Position numbers and translations under genes: made by a program | NCBI GenBank assembly: GCA_035084275.1 | Contig: CM068754.1 | Span: 12,152,001 to 12,216,000 of the forward strand | Source: Hydrolagus colliei | Taxonomy: Eukaryota | DNA: 64,000 bases | Direction of reading: 5' to 3' | The notes under the pieces: generated by a model | Database searches by the model: none | What the model was told of the DNA's origin: nothing | What the model saw: only the letters and a program-made list of their open reading frames with translations | In this document: one piece after another, positions 27,305-40,024 of the stretch | How positions within the stretch are numbered: the first letter of the stretch is position 1 | Layout: every line of letters starts with the position of its first letter

Positions 27305-28127
27305 CATAAATCCAATAGGTGTCAGTATTTATAACAAAATTCTACTGGAGGAGAAAGTAGAGTGTAAAACTGTACCATTTGTAGTCTCAAAGAATGTTGA
27401 GCTGTGGGGCAAGAGATTTATTTGCTATCTGGTTCTTTGCTGTTTGTAAGCCAATTGGCTCAGTTGGTAGCACTGTGGCCTTGGACTCAGAAGGCTGTAG
27501 GTTCAAGATCCACATCCACCCACATGATGTTAAAATATTCAACATCATCTATCTTTTTCCTTTTCAGAAGTTTGATAATAGCCACTGTTTACACATTTTA
27601 TTGTATTAAATTGAAACCAAATCCGATCAAGAAAATGACTTTCAGGCAATTAAATCAGCATTCGATGATATAATTAACACATATAGTAGGTTTCCCTCAG
27701 TGCTTTGGGATATCCTCCTGACCCGAAAGGCACTCTATAAATGTAATTTTGTTGTTGTTGTTATTTTCAGTGTCCAAGAATGGAAACCAGCATGAACTGA
27801 ACTTCATTAGTTTGGGGCTATATTTAATTTCATCATCATACGTTTTGTTCAAACATATCTAATATTTGTTGAAGTATCTTAAAACATTGTTGTGAAACTT
27901 GTTGACCTTATCTGAAAGTTTAACATCAATCTGATCCATGCCTTTTGATTTAACTACAGAGCATTCTATGTCCTTTTCTAGGTTGCTTTCGACATCATCG
28001 TCTCTCTGTTAACCTTCATCTCCTTTTCACCCGTGACATAAATCCTAGTTTCTGATTCCCAACAAATATTATTATTTTTACATGTTGTTCTGAATCTTCT
28101 TCCCCTCCACATACTATTGTCTGATCG

Positions 28128-28410
28128 ATCACCCCCACCCTCGCCTTGCTCCATTGGCTCCCCACCCTTCAGAGGATAGAATTCAAATTCTTGTCATTTA
28201 CTTTCAAGGCCTACCTATCTGATCTGCTAACCCTCTATCAACCAGTCCACTCCCTCATTCAGCAGATTCCAGTGTGCTCCATACCACCTGCCCACCCTGC
28301 CTTCGCACTGGCCTCTGGGGTTTCAGCTTCTCTGCCCCCACCCTTTGGAACCCCATCCCACAATCCCTTTGCCATACTCCCTCCCTTGACTACTTGAAAG
28401 CATGACTCAA
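28128..28410 (+). mobile_element. Degenerate L2 LINE ORF2 3' fragment
   Basis: Translates ITPTLALLHWLPTLQRIEFKFLSFTFKA, homologous to the L2 at 35044-35904. Confidence 0.85.
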
Positions 28411-28655
28411 GAAACCCTGGGTAAGTTTCCTTAGTCCACATGCCTAATAATAATCCGTCCCCCCCAAAAAAAACACAATAATAAAATTGGTCATTTCAAT
28501 CCACGACTGTTTGTGGGACACTGCTGTGCGCAATTGGCTGCCACGATTCGCCCACAAATATACAGTCAATTCACTTTACAGTATATTCTGTGAAGCGCTT
28601 TGGGATGTCAATAAGATGTGAAAAGCGCTTTATCAAATGCAAGGATTATTATCAT
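28411..28655 (+). mobile_element. Headless SINE copy abutting the L2 fragment, followed by L2 tails in opposite orientations (to about 28880)
   Basis: gaaaccctgggtaagtttccttagtccacatgcc... body and tail, then tgtaattttgttgttgttgt (+) and caacaacaacaa...ggaggacgtcacaaagcg (-). Confidence 0.85.
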
Positions 28656-31600
28656 TTTGAGACTCCTTTTACAAATGTAATTTTGTTGTTGTTGTACAAT
28701 AATTGTAAAAGAATAGTAAAGAAACGTGAGAAGGGGAGCAACAACAACAAAAAATATGTTTGTATAACACATTTCATGTTGGGAGGACGTCACAAAGCGT
28801 TGGACAGATGGTATTTCAGACCTGAGCTAGGGGTAGGGATCGGAAAAGATAGAGGACAGGTGTAAGGAGTAAAGGAAGTCATAGTTAAAACTAAAGATAA
28901 TCATGATATTGATGACTTCATTTTTCATTCCCTCTATGTTTAATATGCGTTCCTGAACAGATGAACCTTGAAGATCCCATTCTACTATTCAAAAAGAGAA
29001 GTGGATTCTACCAGTATGCTAGTCAATAAACCTTCAGATAAAATAGATCATTCACTTCCTGTGGGACATTGCTGTGAGCAAATTGGTTGAGGCATTTATC
29101 TACAAATACATAGTTACTAGAGTTTACTCAAAGCTTGTGAAGCACTTTGATGATAAGTGCAAATATTATTATTAATAATAATAATTTAGGCATATAGATA
29201 AGTTGTCAGTGCCTTGGGACTTCCTTGTTATGTGAAAGGCACCATACAAGTGTAATTTTGTTGTTTGTCTCATGACAGTTTTAAAAATTATGCAATTTGG
29301 TGATAACATAGTATGTTATGATGTGACTAGAAATCTATATGCTGCTTTTAATATATAACACTATATCTCTGTGTCTGTATTACTGATGCTTTTTCTATCT
29401 GTGTAATCCACTTCCTCTAATTCATCACTAATGCATCACACAGAGTTTCCCATGAACATGGAAACAAAGGAAGCTGCATCTTCAACATCCTCTAAGTAAT
29501 GTACGAACAGGCAAAAGTGAATAAATTGTTTGAGGTATGCAAATAATAAAGAATTTTTGCTTACAGTATTCTGGTTGAAAGACATTTAGAAATGGAGATA
29601 TCACACTTTTAAGTAAAATAACTGAATGCATTATCATCACTGCTGACATGGGGTAGTCAGGAAATTAACTCTAACACAATCACTGCTTCAATTAAATGAT
29701 GTTGGTGGGAATTGTGACAAGTTTGGGTTGGGGGAATCATATTCCAATTCTATTTCAGTGGGAGAATGTTGCTGTCAGCTAATCCATCTGAAGAGGGTTT
29801 AAAGGACAGTAGGAGTAATGGAGAAATACACCTGACTGGCTTGTCATGGCCTTTTTCTGATGACTCATTTAATTGTAGGGATCTGGATTGTAGCATGATT
29901 TCCTCTGATTCAAATGATTAGCAAAGTAAAATTGACATTGAAACATCAAGAAACACAGAAGACAGTCACCACATTTAATAAGCAATGTCATGGTGGTCCT
30001 AACTTGGATTTGAGCCGCACAAGCAGACAATTAATGTGAGTTGCTATCGACAAAGTTAGCAGCTGGAATGGGCTTGTTAACATCACCATGTTCTTATCCA
30101 TTTAAAGAAGTATGCACTTACCAATGGTAACGTTACCTTCACCATAATTACCAGACAATGTCATATTTCCACAGAGAATTGAAAACAGCCACAGCAGATA
30201 AGTGCCCAATGACGAGAAACACCAATTAACACAAATATTAACAGGAAAACTTTGTTTTTTTTTTAAAAAAACTGTTAAACAGGTGTGGTATGTTAGATTG
30301 GAAATAAACATAAATTCGTAACCTGTTTTAACCAGTTTTAACTGATGCTGAGTTACAAATCTGCCCTATTATTTTAGCGTATTGACTGATGATTTATACA
30401 TTTATACAGAGTTATTATTGTTCACTGTGGTGCAATTCTAGAGAGAAAGGGAGAAATATAGTGATGTTTCTTCCAATATATCTGGAATGATTAATTGAAT
30501 GAAGAGGATTGGCTTGTTTTAAAGCAATGTAGGCAAAAGTCACTCTGAACGAGGGCACAAGAATATGTTCAGTTGACTTCATTTAGCCAACCTACACAGT
30601 ATAAATTAAATATTTATTTGGTACTCCATCATCTTAACATCCCCCAAACTTCTTTGTCTTAACTATCTTGAAACTGTGACCCTTGTTAATAATTCCTAAC
30701 AAAAAGGAGATCAAATTACCCAGATAACTATCGAGTAACAATCCCTGCCACCATAGAAATTATACATGTGAGGGTAATGATGCAATGATGAGGCTATAGC
30801 CTTGCAAGCATTCCCAGGACATCTATTATTCCTATGTATAATGCATCATTACACAGGATTGATATCATGTACTAAAATCAGTTTTCACTCTTTCCCACCA
30901 ACTGGGAAATCATCAGGCAATAGATCTGACAATTGATTGATAATCCCATAATTACATAAAATAACTTTCAAAAGTAGTACCCTTACACAGAGCTTTAGAT
31001 GGTAGACAATGATGACTACCACATACTAATAATCTTACAGTACTGCTTCACAATTCATCATGAGGAATTAGATAATCTACGTTCTTTTCATTCACCATTC
31101 CTAGTCATTCTTGTTTCAGTGTGCATTTTCTTAAAATCAATCTACTCAAGAGTACAGGAAACAAGAAATATGTTAACATTTCCCTTGAAAAGAAATATAG
31201 AGATCCATAAGTCAAATAATTAAACCTGAATGTTTAGTAATGCTTTCGTCTTCGTCACTCTAACATAAAAAGAAATGCTTTGGTCAAATTCGATTGATAT
31301 GTGTTCCATAGGGATAACAGGATGACAATTGATGGTGCTAAACAGATTTGTAATATTCATATCAGCTATGTTAGCTCCTTGTAAAATATTTGTATGAATT
31401 GTTGCAAATAGATTCTCCCACAATAATTCACAAACGTTAACGTGGGACCATGTTGGGTAGTGAAATCCATGTTTGAAACTGCAAAGCGTTTGCAATGCCA
31501 GTTTAAGGTTTCAAAATGGTTAGCTTCATTGTTATGCATTCAAAGGCCACAGGTGCTGAATCCAATTGAATTAACGGGTGTTACTAACTTAATTGCATTC

Positions 31601-31839
31601 CTGTGTGGTACTGTTTATTAAAATGTATGTAAATAGGCAGCTCGATGGTTTAGCTGCAGATTTGTGTGCTTGATGATCTCTCTCGAAAAAGGAGAGCTAA
31701 ATTTCAATCATTCTTCCCTGAAGTGTAAATAACAATTCATTTATTTCCCTCCTCGGAACTTTTGCTTTGACTTCCAGTATTTGAACCGATCTACCCTTTT
31801 TTCATACTGAAACGAATGTGATCAAGAGTAATAACTAAC

Positions 31840-32030
31840 ACACAAAAAAACAGAAGTCGCTGGGAACACTCAGTAAATCAAGCGACATTGATGGAGAAAG
31901 GCAAGTGAGTCAACGAAGTGAGTTGACATCCCTTTCTCCATAGATGCTGCCCTGACGTGCTGAGTGTTCCCAGCGACTTCTGTTTTTGCTTCAGATTTCC
32001 AGCATCTGCAGTATTTTTGCGTTTTGTTTG
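31840..32030. mobile_element. Palindromic Penelope-like remnant with the centre deleted
   Basis: Arms aaaacagaagtcgctgggaacactcag and ctgagtgttcccagcgacttctgtttt, plus the tail ttcagatttccagcatctgcagtatttt. Confidence 0.75.
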
Positions 32031-33299
32031 AAGAGCGAAATATATTCCACGTATTCTGAAGAAGGGAACTGAATAATGTGATCACCGACCCAACCTGGTC
32101 AATCTTTTTTAGATTATCGTGATCACATACAGCATCTCGTGGCTTCGTTTGAAACAGTTCAATCTGGAAACCCACTGTTGTTGATAATATGGTAAATTTT
32201 ACACGTCTGCTTGTGTGTTTTTTTTTTACATTTTGAATATAACGGGGTAAAGGATTGGGACACAGGCACAAATCTGTTTTTTGTTGGTCTAATAGAATTT
32301 GGGGGGGAGGGAGCGAGGGGAGTTTAAACTGCTACAACATCTGCAGTGGTATAAACTCCTTAAAGTTTCAGTGCCCCCCCCCCCCCCCCCCCCCCCCACC
32401 AGAGAAGCGTCCTACACCCTTTTCTGGACTTTGCATTTTAAAGAATTCAGTTCAAACATGACTGGGGTGAAACCTTGGATCGCCCTTTTAAGGGATGTGA
32501 CATTATTAACGAGCTGATGGGTCTCCTAATCCCCAAGAAAGGTAACATTTAAATACCATTCGAGCGCAAAGACTCCCCATCACTTGCCAACTGAGGTATA
32601 ACTGGCCAATAAATGCCATTTGAACCAATTATCAAATCAAGCCAATCTGCGTTTTTTTCCCCCGTGTCAACACTCCCACATTCCACCTTAGCAGGAAAAT
32701 CACGGTTTGCGTTTAAATCGGCCTCGGTACCCATTCGCTTCTGTAACCATGTTATTGAATTTAGCTGCCACATGCGATTGGAGTTTGACTGGGCGCTGTC
32801 TAACGGCAGCGCGGAGAGGAAAAGACGAAGGAGAAATAATCTGGAAGTTGGAGAGATCGTCCTTTGCGAAGAATCTTCGGGGTGAGAGAGAATGGATTTA
32901 TTTCTGCGGTAATTAAATAGCAACGCGCGCGGTTGTCTTCACGTCGGCAGAGACAAGTTCAAGGTTATGGGTCATCTGTTAAATCCTGACAAGTCAGGAC
33001 ATTATCTGTAGGTATACGAATTATACAGCCATGAATTTCAACAGGTAGACACCGGGGAGAGATTACACTGGGAGCTGGCAATTCATCATGTTGAATTGCC
33101 TCCACAGGCCCACACCGCTGAAAGCTTCTCGATTTATTCATTTTCTAAAATCCGAGAAGCAACAGGCACTACTTAACCTGTCATTTATTTTTCTATTTCC
33201 CACTTCTTTTTTTTTTGAAAAAAAACCCAGCCACTGTGGCACAGTACAGGTCCACAGGCTCTGAGCTGCCTTCTGTTCACAAAATGTCCATGTTGTCCA

Positions 33300-33575
33300 T
33301 TTTTACGTCAGATCTGATGCCGGGAACACGCCAGCGGGCTATTTGACTTACGCAGGTATCACAGCCAATGTTCACACACATATGTTCTATAGATTGGTAA
33401 CGCGATGATTGTATCAAATGGGATAACAGTACTAATCTAGGCTAGACACTCGATCCGAATCCAATACTGCCCCAGTTCGCATCAGCTACTCACCCTAGAG
33501 AGAGATTCAAACCTGCGACTTTCTGGTCTGGATGGATCTACACCACACTGGGAGTTGCCTTTACCTACTAGCCCG
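33300..33575 (-). mobile_element. AmnSINE2-like relic
   Basis: ggctatttgac, atcagctactca and aaacctgcgactttctggtctg...caccacactggg blocks. Confidence 0.5.
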
Positions 33576-33764
33576 TGAAGTTGCTATGTTTTTATTGCAA
33601 TTGTGGTGCTTCTGTACATCCTAGGTATGACCCACGTGGAATTCCGTCCAGCATAAAACATATTGCTATGACATACAGCGGATCATACATATACAGACCC
33701 ACAGGGCTACCGTTTTGTGAACATAGTTTATGATTCCCAAAGAAAAAAATGTTTTTGTTTTGTG

Positions 33765-34125
33765 CTGAGCATCCTGAGGTAACCATGAACTTTTGCATTG
33801 CGTTAATCCACACTCCCACATGGCTTGAAGAAAGATAGCAGTCTGCAGGGCTGGTCTCTGGGTGACAATGACTATGCTCTAAAATCCTGGCTCATAATGC
33901 CTCCCAATAATCTGCAAACTCCAGCAGGGCAATGGTATAATAAGACACACAAAGCCACCACAGCAACCACAGAAAGAACATTTGAGATGCTGAAGTTAAA
34001 GATTCAGACAGATCGGACAGCTTGAATGGATTGAAAGGCACCCTGCAGTATGCACCACAAAAAGTGTGTAAGATCTTTGTGGTGTACTGTTAGTCATGCA
34101 ACATCACAATCCGGAGGGGCATCAG
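33765..34125 (+). mobile_element. Fossil PIF/Harbinger (HARBI1-like, DDE_Tnp_4) transposase fragment
   Basis: GWSLGDNDYALKSWLIMP..QTPAGQWYNKTHKATTATTERTFEMLK, then in a shifted frame GTLQYAPQKVCKIFVVYC*SCNITIRRG. Matches the Harbinger motifs GDxxY, YNxxH..IERxFG.LK and LQY.P....I...C..LHN, with stops and frameshifts. Confidence 0.85.
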
Positions 34126-35043
34126 CCTTGATGTTTTTGAAGATAGGATGTATGCCCTAGTTTACGGAGAAAGAAGGATTTTCCACAGTCTTTACACAGA
34201 GGGTTTTTTTCCCCCTGTGGTAGCAGGGTAAAGCAGAGACATTGTAATCCAAGAATATTTAGTTGTTTAGAAGCCTGAACTCCCCAAATTTAAAAATACC
34301 TAAGGGATGAAGCTTGATTCAAATTTGAAACAAAACTACAAAACATTTTCAAGCTTCAAACTGTTAACATTGTGGCAGGAGTCGTTTCATTTGGCAGCAG
34401 TTATGCTCCTTAAAGGAATGCTCCCTCAAGTGAATCGATTCCCTGTCTAACTAGAGGAGCACAAAAATGCAATATGTAAAGTCAACAAAGCTTATGTAAA
34501 GTCAACAACTGTCTTCTCACTTCTCGCTTTTCAATATACATGAATGGGATCGGGCATGGGATGATTTTTGCTGCTTTACAGTCAATATAGTAAATACAAA
34601 TAGATACAATGCTGTTTTTTTTTTAAAAAAGCTTTGATTTAGAAAAACACAAGTTGTGTGTGATGAACCCCATTGATACAAGTGCTAAGTGCACTGTGGT
34701 GTGTGTGCACATGGTTGTCTGTGCTTCCCAGATGCGGAGGCATTCTGCTTTCTCAGTGGAATACCAATATTTGGTCGTTGCTTCTGTTGCTTCAAAGAGT
34801 ATATACTTCCTTAAGGTTGCCCCCACCACACTCAAGATACTGCCCTGGTTCCTTGTCTTGCTTCCGGTGTTCTAATTCTAACTAGACCATTTCGCAGAGA
34901 TTGCATATGTCCTCAAGACTGTCTGGGTGACAGCTTGAAAATCTGAGAATTCCCACATGCAGCAGCAGCCAGTGAGCCATTGCTAATGTAAGCTTAGGCA
35001 ACACATAGCAGGTCTACTTCGGCTGCATTACACCCTGAGGTGG

Positions 35044-35904
35044 ACAACAACAACAACAAATTACACTTATAAAGCGCCTTTCACGTCGGGAGGACGTCCC
35101 AAGGCGCTGCACAGGAGTCGTGTGACCCGAGCTGGGAGGGGAGTGTACGGGAAGGGGTGAAACACGAAGGGGAGGTCGACGAATTCGGGGTGGAACAAAA
35201 GGCACGATCGAAGAGGAAAGTCTTCAAACCGGCCTTGAAAGAGGAAAGGGAAGAAACGAAACGGAGGGATTGAGGGATGGCATTCCATAAGGTCGGAGCA
35301 GAAAAACTGAAGGCCCGGCCTCCGATGGTGGGGCGGTTCGGGCGGGGGGCTTGGAGCAGGCCAAGTCCTGCTGAACGGAGGGTCCGGGTGGGCGTGTAGG
35401 GGGAGAGTAAATCGGTTAATTAGGGTGGGGAAAGGCCGTGTAAGGCCTTGTAGGTGAGGACGAGGATATTGAACTCGATCCTCTGGAGGATGGGGAGCCA
35501 GTGGAGACGGGCGAGGGTGGGGGTTATGTGGTCGCGGAGGCGGGTGCGGGATAGTACACGGGCTGCAGAATTTTGGATGGCCTGCAGCCTGTGAATGGAG
35601 GAACTGGGGAGGCCGACGAGGAGAGAGTTTCCGTAATCCAGCCGTGAGGTGATGTACGCGTGCACTAGGGTTTCGGCAGCGCGGGGGGTAAGATAATTGC
35701 GGAGCCTGGCAATGTTGCGCAAATAAGCGGTGCCGGTCAAGGCGCGGATGTGGGGGAGGAAGGAGAGTTTTTGATCGAACATGATGCCGAGGTTCCTGAC
35801 TGGCTTTGTGAGGTGGAGAGTGCAGCCTTGGATGTTGAGGCTGGCAGCGCCCGATGTGCGGAGGCGCTGGCTTGAGCCGATCAGGAGGGCCTCGGTCTTA
35901 CTCA
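35044..35904 (-). mobile_element. 5'-truncated, relatively young L2 LINE (C-terminal ORF2, 3' UTR, (GTT)n tail)
   Basis: KTEALLIG...VRNLGIMFD..LSF..HI...LRNIARLR..L...AAETLVHAYITSRLDYGNSLL.GLP.....LQ.IQNSAAR....HITP.L..LHWLP...RIEF..L...YKALHG. GC- and CpG-rich; one in-frame stop. Confidence 0.95.
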
Positions 35905-37623
35905 AACCATTAAAGTCCCTCAAAAATGCATTGAAACCTTGATTTCAATGCATTAATGTGGAGGTACCCTTACTAGCAGTCAGAACTCATGTTCTTTTCT
36001 GAGAAAAAAATAATTGACTGCTGGAAGAGATTATTAACAGCGAGGGGGGATTGGAATGTAGCTAAACAAGAAGTGACTGCACTGACTGATCCAACGCCAC
36101 CATTGGCCCCCTGTATTTGAGCTCCAATTTGGGGGGGAATGGCGGAGTGGGGGTTTGGATGGGAAACAAAAGTTGTAAGTTTTGGCCACGTGTTTTGTGG
36201 ATAACCCAAGATAAATTTTCTGCTTTGCATGTGATACATTCCAATAAGTTTTTATGGCTCCTGTAGAAACCATATTACAGGTGGAGCATATTTTATATAA
36301 AATCCCGTGTATTATTTGAAACATTGGTTTCAGAATGTTTGGGTTTTAGGAACTAGCTGATTTTTTTGTCAAAGTAGCTCGGAATACTCTCACGAAAATG
36401 CTTTACATACCATGCATGTGTTTTCACAACAATGTCATTTACAGTGGATAGATTCAAGCACTCGGAAAGATTGCAGCCTACACCTATCTATTTTGAATGT
36501 CTCTGTTTCCCTTGTGGAAGTCATTGTTTCTCACACAAGACTCACAGTCACCCTGAAATGTGATCTAAAGTCACCCTAAAATGTGCCTTCAGTGATCCCC
36601 ACCATCGATTCTGATCATTACTTAAAATGATTGTAAGACATTTTCAGCATTGAAGATAACCACGAAATTTAATTAGCAAATTAAAAGAAGATAGTCAATG
36701 GAGTTCGTCAATCATGACTAAATCCCAACTAAATTCCAATTGAAAGCCAGCAGCAAATCAAATATGTATTTTGTCATTCAGCTACCAATCCGATTAGAAC
36801 CCTCTCCATCCCAAATACTGTCTCACTGCCACAGTATTCCATTCCTAAAGCAGAAGAGCATTGTAGCGAAGTTCAATAGAATGAAACACAGATGTGCTAG
36901 GCTAAATCTTTCTGTTAGTTTTCACATGTGGTATCCCTCACGTCTGCTGGACTTCTAAATTAATTAATTATTTATCCAGTGAACAACAATACAAAAGCAA
37001 AATATTTAAAACAATTCGCACATTAATTAATAATTCGTCCTTTTCTTTCACAATGCTCCTTATTCCAGCCTTTTATTGTTTAGTGATTTTACATTTCATA
37101 CATTCAGAATTTTCGCGCTTTCAACTTGTTAACTCAAATGATAGGATCGGGAACCATACATATCTAGGGATAGAAATCCAAGAAAATGGATAATTGCCAT
37201 CACATTTAAAAAAAACATATTAAATTCATTAAAGAATAATTGATGGTGATGGTTATTTCAATGATTTCCATCTGGATTTATACCACCAAAAATCTAGAGT
37301 CAGGAACAATTGTATTTTATAGGAATGGATGTTTAAAGATAAACAAAACAGAAATACTGAAATTGAGGCCAAATTGAAACTACAAACCTATAATCTGACA
37401 CTCTTAAAATATAATGGTTTTCTAAAATTTGTATGTCAGGACATATTTTACATAGATTGTTTTATCTTTTTATTCAGACCAATCTTTCACTTTAATGTGG
37501 TCATCTTTCCAGCTTTTTAATATCAACATTAATTGAACTTGATCCAAGGGTTTCTTTAACTTCTATAGTGTTTGATCTAGTTCAAGAACAAATGTTCAAT
37601 TTGTTAGTGATTTAATTCATTAG

Positions 37624-37895
37624 CAAAACAGTAGTCGCTGGGATCACTCAGCAGGTCAGGCAGCATCTATGGAGAAGGGAAAAGTGAGTCAACGTTTCGG
37701 ATCCACGACCCTTCGTCAGAACTGGGGCAAGTTGGAAGGGAGAGGCTCCCAACATTTTTTTTTGTCTTTAAAAGCCTCTCATTCACCACATGCCCCAGGT
37801 CTGACGCAGAGTCGTGGTCCCGAACCGTTGACTGACTTTCATTTCTCCATAGATGTTGCCTGACCTGCTGAGTGTTCCCAACGACTTCTGTTTTT
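37624..37895. mobile_element. Palindromic Penelope-like remnant with two opposed hammerhead cores
   Basis: Inverted arms of about 100 bp around a spacer of about 65 bp; hammerhead cores at 37687-37723 (-) and 37797-37833 (+, mutated). Confidence 0.8.
37687..37723 (-). ncRNA. Minimal type I hammerhead ribozyme motif
   Basis: The minus strand reads AGUU-CUGACGA-A-GGGUC-GUG-GAUCC-GAA-ACGU-U-GACU: stem I AGUU/GACU, intact core, 5-bp stem II, palindromic ACGU helix III and a GUU cleavage triplet. Confidence 0.65.
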
Positions 37896-38018
37896 ATTGG
37901 AGAATTTGGGTACGTATTGGCACTAGAGGGGACGGTCACTGACTAGTTCGTTAATTGCACATTCAAGAAATGGACCCTTCCAATCTCAGGTAAGCATTAT
38001 ATCTTTGAGTGGTTGTCA

Positions 38019-38090
38019 TCTCTCTCTCTCTCTCTATCTCACTCTCTCCCTTCACACAAAGACACACACACACACACACACACACACACA
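38019..38090. repeat. Compound (CT)n and (CA)n microsatellite
   Basis: Seen directly. Confidence 0.9.
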
Positions 38091-38548
38091 TTTCTTCAGT
38101 CCTAGATCCAATTCCACAGTGTAATAATACAGTACTGTACAGTTAAGGGTACCCTCACCACACAATTCTGAGTGCTAAATTGGTTTCATTTAGGTCAAAA
38201 ATGATTAGGCTGACATTTTTTTCCTGTCTTCACATAACCGCGACGTTGCAGAAGGCACAATTCCAAGAGAGTGCACTCATACAGATACGGTCACCAGCCT
38301 CTCACTGCCAGGGACATTTTATAATTGAAGCAGCAGACCAGCATTTTGCTAACTTTAAATATGTAGCTTTCTAAGCGGGCCTTTTTCACAAGCTGCTTTT
38401 TATGTAGTTTAGTGACACCGGTTGCTTTGATTACAGTGGTAGTGCTGGCTTGTCTGTTAACACCCCACCTTTAATGTCCAGTCCACAACGAATAGAATGC
38501 AGCATCCATCCCAGTGGTTTACAATGTAAAACCAGTGTATTCGTTTTA

Positions 38549-38554
<6 letters not shown>

Positions 38555-38590
<36 letters not shown>
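38555..38590. repeat. (TA)n microsatellite
   Basis: Seen directly. Confidence 0.95.
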
Positions 38591-38593
<3 letters not shown>

Positions 38594-40024
38594 TCGCGGG
38601 AGATGTGGGTTTACGAAGTTGGTTTCTGTGTTTCAGAGTTTTGTGCAAATTGAACATACTTGAAGAGACAACGACTGTCAAAATCTGACAATGTCTTTGA
38701 TGCTGGTTGTTGGCGCCTCTGTATGCAATGGTCAAAATTAGCTGGTTCTAACACTGCAAGATATGTTAGTTTAGATATCAGAAGTATGGCAGGTACACCC
38801 AAATTATCAACATCAAGAATGATATCGCGGGAAGTGCCAGATCCCTGATAGTCCAGTGTCTTGGGACTTACTCCTGACACGAAAGGTGCTATGCAAATAT
38901 AATTTGTTGCTGTAATTGACGGCAAATGTAAGACAATCGATCTATTATATATAAAAGTTATGCATCAAAATGCTCCAACTGAATTACTCGTTGGTAACTC
39001 CTAACGTGTGGTACTGAGCAGGTTGGGGTGCAGTGTTTGAGACCAAGAGAGAACGACGTGTGAAATCCTGGCACATTCGCTTATTTCCTACCACATGGGT
39101 TAATATTTCCGTGGGAAGCAATGGTTAAAAACGACCACCTGAATAGTTTGCAGACAGCTATCCAGTTGGCTTTCACAAATCTGTATTCAGAAATGTTGGA
39201 AAGTTTGGCAAACAAACACCTCCTCTTCTGGGCGGTCGAAAGCTTTCTCTGCCCGGGTCAGGAATGGGGCAGAGTTGGGTGTGTGTGTGTGTGTATGGGC
39301 GGTAGAGTATTCTCTTGGTGGGCACTTGACTTGAGGTCAGATAGCCTCATGGTGACGAACACGACTTTCCGTGTCGTTCACAAGTCGACACATTAAATGC
39401 ATGTAGAAACTACCTGCCCTGGAATTCCTCTGACAAATTAGGCGCAATTTAAGATTGTAATTTGGCGACGACCGGAAATGTTAAACCCGGTTTGATATGT
39501 AGGAAGATGTAATTAGGGAATGAGCTACCCACAAGCTGAGGGCTGCCCCATGTGGAATCACAGTCTTCAGTGGTGACACTAATACTGATGTTGCAGCGCT
39601 TCATTAGGCTGCTAATTGCGCCGATACCGTCACCAACATACGACAAAATCTATCATTCTCGTGTTTTGCTTTAATCCCCTTCTCCGTTATAGCAGAGTGA
39701 CAAATGATGCATGACTCCGCCTAATTTGTTACATCTGGACACAGGCATGCCAATTACTTCCTCCAAAACATTAATATTTGTAGGACAAAATGGGGGTTGG
39801 GAGTGGGGGTGGATGTGGGGGTGGGGTTGGGAGTGGGGGGAACCAGTGGTGGGCAGAGAAATTGATCTTACACTACGTTTTCCTGCAGTGAAAAAGTGAT
39901 ACTGTAACCGCTTTCCTTGAGTCTAGTGGTTGTTGAGGTATAAACAAGAGATAAAGTTTATGTTTAAAATACACCGCAAAAAAAACCCGCAGAGTTGATA
40001 AGAGTATTTGTAGTGTTCAACAGT

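Noticed and set aside
34473-34509. Short tandem duplication tatgtaaagtcaacaa (also catcacccaaa twice near 41929)
   Set aside because: Ordinary slippage duplications with two copies only.
35420-35923. 167-aa ORF as a host gene
   Set aside because: It is the ORF2 remnant of a truncated L2.
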